Positions 35,406 to 47,400 of a stretch of DNA of 64,000 nt are shown here, piece by piece. The notes under the pieces are model-generated. The model ran no database searches. It worked only from the letters and a program-made list of their open reading frames with translations, and was not told where the DNA came from. This stretch comes from Eutreptiella sp. 'Long Island Sound 2002'. Taxonomy: Eukaryota > Protista > Euglenida. The translations under genes were made by a program, and so were the position numbers. Each line of letters starts with the position of its first letter. Within the stretch, counting starts at the first letter, position 1. The DNA is taken from assembly GCA_964036045.1 (NCBI GenBank), contig OZ038378.1, forward strand, positions 23,002,001-23,066,000, in the 5' to 3' direction.

Positions 35406-38400
35406 CTGCACGACGGCGCATGCACGTGGCCCCTTGTGGACCCGCCACGGCGTGCACCGTCCGTAACGTCACACAGAACCAACTGCTCCGGTACCCTTCA
35501 CGCAAGATCAAAGGTCCACTCAATTAGGGTGTACAGAGGTTCGGTATCTCACCAATGCGAAGGCTTGGAGGTGACAACCCATGTCCCTTTGTGCAAGAAG
35601 GACGCACGGGACGGCCGTCGACCAACCGCGCCAGAGCAAGAGGCCAAACAGGAGAGACAAACAGAGAGACCGCGGAGCAGACTACATCGGCGTGGGATGG
35701 AGAGATGGAAGGCAGGCATGCGACACCAGAGAAGGAGGGACACGGCGGAGGCCGGCAGCACTGATGCAGCAAAAAGGGGACGAATCAACAGCGACAGCGC
35801 TCCCACACATCCTGGCCTCAGATTGGAAACACCTGGGGGCACCGAATTTATGGAATACCCTTCCTCCCCCCAACCAGGCCACGTGCCGCGATCACGCGGG
35901 CACGCCCCCTCCCCTTGTGTTGAGGCCTAGGTACCTCCAAGAAGGCGTCGGTGGAAAATTGCCATGTCGATTGGGGTGGCATCAACGGGCGTAAGGGTGT
36001 GTGGGGTACCGCTGTGCAGACTTACAGAATACCGTTATTGGTCGTTTGTTTGGTTTTAGAAGTCCGAATAGCCACAGCTCTGGATGAACTTCAAGTCACG
36101 CCCGCCAGGGGGGCTTTCCGTGTGAAGGACGTGGGATCCAGACCCGTGAAGCACACACCGATGTTACACGCCTCACATGTTGATGTTGATGTTTTCCAAT
36201 GCTACTTGCTGCTCTAGGTCCCAGGCTTTCCGCTAATGCCTGCTGTCTGAACTTAGCTGCAGGGGCTATTTGTTTCTTCTGGCATTTGGGACGCGGATTT
36301 GAAGCGATTGTTGACAACGCCCGTCCCGACAATGTTTGACTGTGTTCCTGCCACTCGTGTTTCTTGCCGTTCTTATTGTTTTCCCTGCCTGATTCCTGTC
36401 GCTTATGCTACCAAGTCGGGGCGGACCGGGAGAAGGGGGCCCCGGTTTGGAGGGACTGGACCTGAAAGCTGTCAATGGTGCGGACCCCGTGCGGCAGCAA
36501 GTCCTTGATCCGCTGGTGGAGGTGGTAGGTCTGGCCTTGGTATGGCGAAATGATGGCAATGTCTCGGGGCCGAAGCCCGCCGCCCCGCAGGAGCTGGATC
36601 ACAGCCTCGCGGACGATCTCGACCTGCTCCAGATTGTAGTAGGACGCGCGCGCGTCGCGCTGCTCCGCTTTGCGGCCGGAGTGCGTAATGATGGCGACCG
36701 GGAACTCAGGGCGGGGCCACCGGAAAGAGGAAAATGGGAGGGGTCGATCCAACTCTGTGACGCCGTTGGTGATGCGGGCCCCGTAGAACTGGGCCATTGG
36801 GAAGGCAGCGATGGCGGGATGCATGCGGTACTGTACATCGAGAAGGACTGGCACGGAGCCGATGTCCAGCAGGTGGTGGTACACAGAGCGGATCAGCTTC
36901 CGCTCCTGGGCCTCCTCGGAGTGGATAGTTGGGGGCAGCTGGTTCTGATCGCCCACGAGCACAATGTGCTTCGACTGCAGGTGGATGTGGAACGCGTTTG
37001 GAGGCACTGGTGGTGTGGTGATGTGGTGGGGCCAACAATGTGCAAGAAAAGGAAGTGTTTTGGGAGTGAAATGCACGTGCGGGATATTTGGGGTGGGAAC
37101 TACGCGTGGAGAAACCAGACGATAGGGGGTGCAGTGCGGATGGAGGAACTCAAACATATTGGGGTCAGAGAAAGGGCAAGAGCAGCGGATAAGAGAGAAA
37201 AGCATGGCAAGAAGAGATGACGGATGAAGATGACACGGGGACAGAGTTGATGAGAGGCATGACGAAATACAATGCGGAAATGAGACAAGGAGGAAGCGAA
37301 AATCGGATGAGGAAGACAACACACAAATATGTAAGGAAACACTGAAGCAGGGGGATGCAAAACATTGGGAGCCCCTCGAAGATGCCATGCCTGCTGGGAC
37401 CTGAAAATGGAGCCTGGTGGGCTGCCCAGGTGGCGGATGTAATGACCTACTGGGCCTCGTATGCAGCATGCCACCACAAAACCACAGAGGTAGAAGACTG
37501 GGAAACCAACTAGGCACTGCGGATCCCTTGTGCGATGACGCATAAGGGCCAAAAACCCGCGGTAACTTCGCAGCGGCCTTTTTGCCCTATTGCCACCAGA
37601 TGACCATGACTCGTGCAACGTGACTCATTACATGATAGCAGAAGTGCGTATTCGGACCGGGCTGGTGGCGAAGGGAACCCTGCACAACGCACACGAGGCA
37701 GTCAGCACACCACAACTCACAATAGTGGTGCGCATTTTGCAGTGTGCACAGTGTGCTGTGTGCAGAGCACGCGGTCTGCAGTGTACAACGTGCGAAGTGT
37801 GCTGTGTGCGCAGTGCGGAGTGCGCGCAGCGCGTTGAGTGTTCCGTGTGCGGTGCAGTGTGTAGGATGCGTGGTGTGCAGAGTGCGCAGTGCACGGTGCG
37901 TCCAGTGAGTAGTGTGCATTGGGCAAAGTGCGCAGCGCCCGTCCCCCTACCCATTGGCCCATTATTCAGATACCCCGCCTGGTGCTCGTCGTCTTCTGGC
38001 CTGTGGTGCAGGGACGAGTTCTTGTGCCACAAAAATTGTCCGCCTTGTGGCACGCATCCTGTCGGTGAGAGGCGTGCCATGGCATTTACTTGAAAGGAGT
38101 CACGTTGTGGAGTGGTGCTGCCAAAGGTGGTAGTATGGGTAATTCTGCACACAGCTCCCTTGCCGCTACCTGCGTCGCACTGCTGCGTCACCGCGCCCAC
38201 CGTCCTTTACTGCTCCTCCTGCGACATTACCCCTGAACCGGTGCTCCTAACATCCCCCAAACAACTGCACAAGTTCTTCCGCCCAAAACCAGAGTCATGC
38301 TGTTCGCTGCTGCGTGCCAAGAACAACCTGCAAGATGAACACAGGGAGCGCAAGCGGTTCCGTGCACTGCGACACTTCGTCCATGATAACCATGTCGATC

Positions 38401-41400
38401 TCCGCACGCTTGAGGATCGTTGAGAGGCCGTACAAGGCTGTCGCCGTCATGCAGATGATGGACGCACGCATTACACGTCCAAATATATCGGGGTCCCATT
38501 TCTCGGCAGACATTTCTTCCAGTGATGCATCTTGTGGGGCCCCAATGCGCAAGATCCGCTGGGGGTCAACCCCAGTGTTCAGCACCTGCACAGGGGACCA
38601 TGCGTTAACAATTCTGAGGCATCAAAACAGAGGTGCATGTTTCTCAGCGCTTGTGGGCTTGGGGTGCACTATTCGCATACTTCCCGGGAGTCCCCTCAAA
38701 AAGGGGGGGGGGGCGCCGTAAACGATGAAAAAACGTACGAAATTGCGGGCACAGCGTCTGATATTGGGGGGTACGGGCAATGTGTACGCAATGTCGAATT
38801 TTACGGCGCTCGCACTATAAAAAAAAAAACCGTCCCCAAAAACGAAACGTGGCCCAAAACACATCGCCTCTCCATTCACTAAATCCATCCAAACCAGGTG
38901 TAAAAAGAGAACCCGCATACCAATTCAGCATAAAAGGGCAGGGTGTAGATTGATGTTTGCCTGGTGCAGCACGCTGTCACACTCCACCTCCAACACAGTT
39001 AATTTTCACCGAAGGGGAAAACAAGTTCCAAAACCCCCAAACCCTTAAAAAGATAAGCAGGTCTCACCGCCAATCACCTGGTCTTTGTCGCTTCAGACTT
39101 AAAATAGAGCCTGACAATGTCAATTTATTCAATGGAGACCAACGACCCTCGCAGTTTAAGGCAGAAGCGCCGTAAAATTTACAGACAAGCGCCAAAAATT
39201 GGACCATGGGCACACAGACCGTAACATGAGATGCAAGCATTGTTCAACATCTTACCATGCATAAGCCTTAAAACCAACAAGGACCTGGGCAGAGTGTGTA
39301 TACCTGTCACGTATCACGTAAATATGCATCATGCAAGATATAGGGGTGAACTGAAAAGGTTTCCACACAAGCCCAACGAGATCCAGCTATTAGACTGTGT
39401 TGGAGGTGGTTTGAAACGGGTTGTAACAGCCAGCAATTCATCCAACTGGGGAAGCCCCCCAGTCGCACCGCAGTGCACCACATTGCTGAATTTCTTGTTT
39501 CCTGTGATCATCATGAAACTGGGGTTGTTGTGACACTGCCTGTCATTAGCACCAACAATACATGTGACCAGCATATGTTTGGGTGCACCTCGAGCCCATG
39601 TGTGCTGCAAGTGTGTGTGTGCATCTAGCTGAATCTGGGAGGCTGGCAGCTCGGATTTTTGATTGCACTCCCCTGCAGTCACACATTTTGCTAGAACAAG
39701 TGCACTTTTTGCAACATTTCATTGGTCTTTATGGATTTTTCTACTTGTAAAAGGGCCGCTGCACAGCTTAGTCCCTCCTATGAAATTGCAGTGATTTCAC
39801 AAGTGACCCATGGAGGTGGTGATCACATTTTCTCGCTGCTATTGGTGACGGGCCGTGCCACAAAAACCCCATTGTCATGATAGTCACGGGAAACAAGAAA
39901 TTCAGAAATGCAGTGCACTGCGGTGCGACTGGGGGGCTCCCCCAGTTGGAAGAATTGCTGCTGTTGTTTCAAACCACCCCCAACACAGTGTAACAGCTGG
40001 ATCTCGTTGGGCTTGTGTAGAAACCTTTTGAGGTTCACCCCAATATTTTTGAGACCCTTGCATATGGCAGCTTTGTACAGTTTGTATAGTTTTAACATTT
40101 GTCGCTCTGTTTAGATGCAGCCGGACGTTTTCGTTGGTGCCGGTGATAGGCAGTGCCACAAAAACCCCTTTGTCATGATAATAACTGGGAACAAGAGGTT
40201 CAAGAAAGTGGGGCACTGCAGTGAGACTGGGGGCTCCCACTTGGAAGAATTTTTGGTTGTTATAGCCCATTTCAAACCACCCCCATGACAGTGCAACAAC
40301 TGGATCCCGTTGAGCTTGTGTGCAAACCTTTTGAGGTCACCTTCATATTAGCCAAGGGGGGGGCGACTCCTCGAGCCAAGGGGTGGGGCGACTTATGGAC
40401 ACCAACTAAGCCCCCACCAACCGTTGGCGGAAGGCCCCTTGGGGGGGTGGGGGGGCTTGTGCATTGGGGGGGGGGGTTGGAGGGGGGGGGGGCGGGGCAA
40501 TTTGGGGGTTACATGCCCCCAAGGCCAAGCGTTGGGCCATCACAGGCTTCCCTTACCTCCCCTAGCACTACCATACCACGATTGAATATTGCGACCGAGC
40601 TAGTGGGGGAAGGAACATCATATGTGAGAGTTCAACAACAAATGAGGTACGCATTGGAAAGTGGATGAGAGCGGGTCAAAAGGGGTTCAAAATGGGTTGT
40701 ATTCATCCGTTTGGGCACCACAACTGAACTAGGATCATTTTTGGAAAACCATGGTTTTGACCCATTTTTGAGCCATTTGTGGTCCCAACTTGGCCCATTT
40801 TCAAGGCCCTTTCGGCCAGGGGTCATAGATATCGGTAATTTCGGACATGGTGATGATTCGCGTACTTTTGGGGGGTCCTAAAAAAGGGGGGGGTTATTTA
40901 AAAAATGACACCTAAAATTTGACCCTCGGAAAAAAGGGGGGGGGTTTCTCTATTGTACGAAAATTTGGACGTAAACCGGCAAATTTGGACGAAAAATAAG
41001 ACAAAAGTGGTTTGCACCCAATGTTCTATGCAACATACTCAAGGCAAGGACGTGGTGGCCTAAGGGGTAAGCATTTAGGAAGCGGGCTCCTCCACTCTAA
41101 GTCTTCACCAGGCTACAAAGCTAGTGCCTAAAGCCGCCCACACCCCCTGCCGGGAAGGGGGCCGTTTCCTCAATGGCATCGGCCATGCAGCCCACGGCCC
41201 CAAACAGACTGCATGAATTGGCCATACTTCATCAAGAAGTGCAGTGGCAGATCCTTCCGGGGCTAGGCATGGCCCCATACCCCCACAACGACCGTTTCCA
41301 GTGTACTTCATTTGAACATTACCGGATTCTATTAGCAGCTGATCCGGAAATTCATATGCAACATGACACAAAGGAAGATAGCAAGAGTACAAACAGGGTC

Positions 41401-44400
41401 GCCTATTAAGGGTTTACCTTTGTCAACACCGCCACCTAGCTCCTGGCTCCGAAAAAAGGGGGGGTTTTGTTGATGCGCATGTTGTCAGTTCTCACGAGTT
41501 TTGGGGGCTTGGAAAAGACCGGGGGGTTTGCCCAAACAATCATGATGTCCAACATTCCCGAAGTCGATGAACCCTGGTTTTGGCCTTGAGAGGGGCCAAA
41601 ATTGCTCCACATGGGCCCAAAATGAGCTCATTCCAATTGTGTGTGCACTCCAAATAGTCCAAAAGCATCTTTGGGAAAAGCACATTTTGGATCCATTTTT
41701 GATTGATTTTTGGTCGCAAAACAGCCCATTTTCAAGGCATCTTGTGACTTTGGAGAGACCAAAATGGCTTGCATTGGGCTTAAAATGGGCTCATCTCACT
41801 TGTTGAGGCCCTCCACATGTTCCAGGATCATTTTTAGAAAACCATGGTTTTGACCCATTTTTGACCCATTTTGGGTCGCAAAACAATCCATTTTCAAGGC
41901 ATTTTGTGACTTTGGAGGGGCCAAAATGGCTTGCAATGGCCTCAAAATGGGCTCATTTCACTTGCTTAGGCCCTCCAAATGGTTTGGGATCATTTTTGGA
42001 AAACACATTTTTGACCCATTTTTGACCCATTTTTTAGTGCAAAACGGCCCATTCATTTTCAAGGCATTTTGGGACTATAGGAGGGGCAAAACGGGCCACC
42101 ACGAGCTCAAAACGCACCAAAAACACTTCTTTTGGCATTCCATGTGGTCCAGCATCATTTTTGAAAAAAATATTTTTTTGCACCCGGTGGACCTTGTTGA
42201 CCCATTTTGGCACCCACCTCTTTGGGCTACCTCTTGCAGCATTCCGCGGCCCACTAGGCCTAGGTACGGGGGTCTAGGCGTCGGGTAGGGCAATTTTAAG
42301 GGGTGGAAACCACCAAAAATGGGTGGTTGGGTCGATTAGGTGCGCTCGAAATCGCGTTTTGAGCCACGTAGCCCAAGATATGGTTTGTTTTTGATTTGGG
42401 GCTGCCGGCGGCCAATGTGCACAAATTTTGGGGCTCTTGGGGGGGTTCGTGGACATATTGCGGAGTTAGAGGGCCCTAGAGAGCCCTTCGGCACGGGGAA
42501 GTCTAGCTGCATGTGTAGAGTAGTCACTATTTCCCTTCATTTGGCCGTTTTGAGCAGTATCTAGGGCGGTTTTGGGCAAAAAAAGGCTGATTGGACCTGA
42601 ATTGCAAATTTTGAAATAGAGGTCCGGCACTTGCAACGCCTGTTCCCGGCCGCCACCGTTGAGTTTCTAGCTCATACTTTGTGTGGTTGTCCCTCACACC
42701 CATAGGTAGCATCCGCCAAAATTTTGGCCGAATCCGAAGCACCACGACGGAGCTCTGATTTTTCCCCATTTCGCGCGTGCTTGCTGCTTGCTGCTTGCTG
42801 CTTGCTTGCTTGCTTGCCAAACGTGTTAGGTCCCCCCTAGACACTAAAGAGGGATATAAAACCAAGTTTGGATCCACCAGCTCGGTGACCATTACCCCAA
42901 AACATGATGGAATATTGGGACCGGGCTTGTGGGGGAGGGAACATCGTCTAGGAGACTTCAACGACAAATGAGGTACACACGGGACAGTGGATGAGAGCGG
43001 GTCAAAAGGGGCTCAAAATGAGCTGTATTCATCCGTTTGGGCACCACAACTGAACTAGGATCATTTTTGGAAAACCATGGTTTTGACCCGTTTTTGAGCC
43101 ATTTGTGGTCCCAAATTGGCCCATTTTCAAGGCCCTTTCGGCCTTGAGAGGGGCCAAAATTGCTCCACATGGGCTCCAAATGGGCTCATTCCACTTGTTT
43201 GTGCACTCCACGTTTGTAACACCACGTTTTTGATCAATTTTTGATTGATTTTTGGTCACAAAACAGCCCATTTTCAAGACATTTTGTGACTCTGCAGCGG
43301 CCAAAATGGCTTGCAATGAGCTTAAAATGGGCTCATCTCACCTGTTTGTGCACCCCAAATGAGCTAGGATGATTTTTTGGAAAAACACATTTTTGACCCA
43401 TTTTTGACCCATTTTGGGTCGCAAAACAATCCATTTTCAAGGCATTTTGTGACTTTGGAGGGGCCAAAATGGCTTGCAATGGCCTCAAAATGGGCTCATT
43501 TCACATGTTTAGGCCCTCCAAGTGGTTTGGGATCATTTTTGGAAAAACACATTTTTGACCCATTTTTGACCCATTTTTTTAGTGCAAAACGGCCCATTCA
43601 TTTTCAAGGCATTTTTGGACCTTAGGAGGCCCAAAACGGGCCACCATGAGCTCAAAACACACCAAAAACACTTGTTTTGGCATTCCATGTGGTCCAGGAT
43701 CATTTTTTAAAGGGCTAGGGTTGGGGTCACCGAGCTAGTGGAACCAAACTTGGTTTTATATCCCTCTTTAGTGTCCAAAGGGGACCTAAAACGTCTGGCA
43801 AGCAAGCAACAAGCAACCAGCAAGCAGCTAGCAAACAAGCAAGCAAGCACACGCGAAATGGGCAAAAATCACAGCTCCGTTGTGGTGCTTCGGATTCGGC
43901 CAAAATTTTGGTGGATGCTACCTATGGGTGTGAGGGACAACCACACAAAGTATGAGCCAGACCGTCAATGGTGGCGGCCGGGAACAGGCGTCGCAAGTGC
44001 CGGACCTCCATTTCAAAATTTGCAATTCAGGTCCAATCAGCCTTTTTTTGCCCAAAACCGCCCAAGATACTGCTTAAAACGGCCAAATGAAGAGAAATAG
44101 TGACTACTCTACACATGCACCTAGACTTCCCCATGCCGAAGGGCTCTCTAGGGCCCTCTAACTCCGCAATATGTCCGCGAAGCAACCCTACAAGGCCCCC
44201 AAGAGCCCCAAAATTTGTGCACATTGGCCGCCGGCAGCCCCGAATCAAAAACAGACCATATCTTGGGCTACGTGTGGTTGTCCCTCACACCCATAGGTAG
44301 CATCCGCCAAAATTTTGGCCGAATCCGAAGCACCACGACGGAGCTCTGATTTTTCCCCATTTCGCGCGTGCTTGCTGCTTGCTGCTTGCTGCTTGCTTGC

Positions 44401-47400
44401 TTGCTTGCCAAACGTGTTAGGTCCCCCCTAGACACTAAAGAGGGATATAAAACCAAGTTTGGATCCACCAGCTCGGTGACCATTACCCCAAAACATGATG
44501 GAATATTGGGACCGGGCTTGTGGGGGAGGGAACATCGTCTAGGAGACTTCAACGACAAATGAGGTACACATTGGAAAGTGGATGAGAGCGGGTCAAAAGG
44601 GGCTCAAAATGAGCTGTATTCATCCGTTTGGGCACCACAACTGAACTAGGATCATTTTTGGAAAACCATGGTTTTGACCCGTTTTTGAGCCATTTGTGGT
44701 CCCAAATTGGCCCATTTTCAAGGCCCTTTCGGCCTTGAGAGGGGCCAAAATTGCTCCACATGGGCTCCAAATGGGCTCATTCCACTTGTTTGTGCACTCC
44801 ACGTTTGTAACACCACGTTTTTGATCAATTTTTGATTGATTTTTGGTCACAAAACAGCCCATTTTCAAGACATTTTGTGACTCTGCAGCGGCCAAAATGG
44901 CTTGCAATGAGCTTAAAATGGGCTCATCTCACCTGTTTGTGCACCCCAAATGAGCTAGGATGATTTTTTGGAAAAACACATTTTTGACCCATTTTTGACC
45001 CATTTTGGGTCGCAAAACAATCCATTTTCAAGGCATTTTGTGACTTTGGAGGGGCCAAAATGGCTTGCAATGGCCTCAAAATGGGCTCATTTCACATGTT
45101 TAGGCCCTCCAAGTGGTTTGGGATCATTTTTGGAAAAACACATTTTTGACCCATTTTTGACCCATTTTTTTAGTGCAAAACGGCCCATTCATTTTCAAGG
45201 CATTTTTGGACCTTAGGAGGCCCAAAACGGGCCACCATGAGCTCAAAACACACCAAAAACACTTGTTTTGGCATTCCATGTGGTCTAGGATCATTTTTTA
45301 AAGGGCTAGGGTTGGGGTCACCGAGCTAGTGGAACCAAACTTGGTTTTATATCCCTCTTTAGTGTCCAAAGGGGACCTAAAACGTCTGGCAAGCAAGCAA
45401 CAAGCAACCAGCAAGCAGCTAGCAAACAAGCAAGCAAGCACACGCGAAATGGGCAAAAATCACAGCTCCGTTGTGGTGCTTCGGATTCGGCCAAAATTTT
45501 GGTGGATGCTACCTATGGGTGTAAGGGACAACCACACAAAGTATGAGCCAGACCGTCAATGGTGGCGGCCGGGAACAGGCGTCGCAAGTGCCGGACCTCC
45601 ATTTCAAAATTTGCAATTCAGGTCCAATCAGCCTTTTTTTGCCCAAAACCGCCCAAGATACTGCTTAAAACGGCCAAATGAAGAGAAATAGTGACTACTC
45701 TACACATGCACCTAGACTTCCCCATGCCGAAGGGCTCTCTAGGGCCCTCTAACTCCGCAATATGTCCGCGAAGCAACCCTACAAGGCCCCCAAGAGCCCC
45801 AAAATTTGTGCACATTGGCCGCCGGCAGCCCCAAATCAAAAACAGACCATATCTTGGGCTACGTGTGGTTGTCCCTCACACCCATAGGTAGCATCCGCCA
45901 AAATTTTGGCCGAATCCGAAGCACCACGACGGAGCTCTGATTTTTCCCCATTTCGCGCGTGCTTGCTGCTTGCTGCTTGCTGCTTGCTTGCTTGCTTGCC
46001 AAACGTGTTAGGTCCCCCCTAGACACTAAAGAGGGATATAAAACCAAGTTTGGATCCACCAGCTCGGTGACCATTACCCCAAAACATGATGGAATATTGG
46101 GACCGGGCTTGTGGGGGAGGGAACATCGTCTAGGAGACTTCAACGACAAATGAGGTACACACGGGACAGTGGATGAGAGCGGGTCAAAAGGGGCTCAAAA
46201 TGAGCTGTATTCATCCGTTTGGGCACCACAACTGAACTAGGATCATTTTTGGAAAACCATGGTTTTGACCCGTTTTTGAGCCATTTGTGGTCCCAAATTG
46301 GCCCATTTTCAAGGCCCTTTCGGCCTTGAGAGGGGCCAAAATTGCTCCACATGGGCTCAAAATGGGCTCATTCCACTTGTTTGTGCACTCCACGTTTGTA
46401 ACACCACGTTTTTGATCAATTTTTGATTGATTTTTGGTCACAAAACAGCCCATTTTCAAGACATTTTGTGACTCTGCAGCGGCCAAAATGGCTTGCAATG
46501 AGCTTAAAATGGGCTCATCTCACCTGTTTGTGCACCCCAAATGAGCTAGGATGATTTTTTGGAAAAACACATTTTTGACCCATTTTTGACCCATTTTGGG
46601 TCGCAAAACAATCCATTTTCAAGGCATTTTGTGACTTTGGAGGGGCCAAAATGGCTTGCAATGGCCTCAAAATGGGCTCATTTCACATGTTTAGGCCCTC
46701 CAAGTGGTTTGGGATCATTTTTGGAAAAACACATTTTTGACCCATTTTTGACCCATTTTTTTAGTGCAAAACGGCCCATTCATTTTCAAGGCATTTTTGG
46801 ACCTTAGGAGGCCCAAAACGGGCCACCATGAGCTCAAAACACACCAAAAACACTTGTTTTGGCATTCCATGTGGTCCAGGATCATTTTTTAAAGGGCTAG
46901 GGTTGGGGTCACCGAGCTAGTGGAACCAAACTTGGTTTTATATCCCTCTTTAGTGTCCAAAGGGGACCTAAAACGTCTGGCAAGCAAGCAACAAGCAACC
47001 AGCAAGCAGCTAGCAAACAAGCAAGCAAGCACACGCGAAATGGGCAAAAATCACAGCTCCGTTGTGGTGCTTCGGATTCGGCCAAAATTTTGGTGGATGC
47101 TACCTATGGGTGTGAGGGACAACCACACAAAGTATGAGCCAGACCGTCAATGGTGGCGGCCGGGAACAGGCGTCGCAAGTGCCGGACCTCCATTTCAAAA
47201 TTTGCAATTCAGGTCCAATCAGCCTTTTTTTGCCCAAAACCGCCCAAGATACTGCTTAAAACGGCCAAATGAAGAGAAATAGTGACTACTCTACACATGC
47301 ACCTAGACTTCCCCATGCCGAAGGGCTCTCTAGGGCCCTCTAACTCCGCAATATGTCCGCGAAGCAACCCTACAAGGCCCCCAAGAGCCCCAAAATTTGT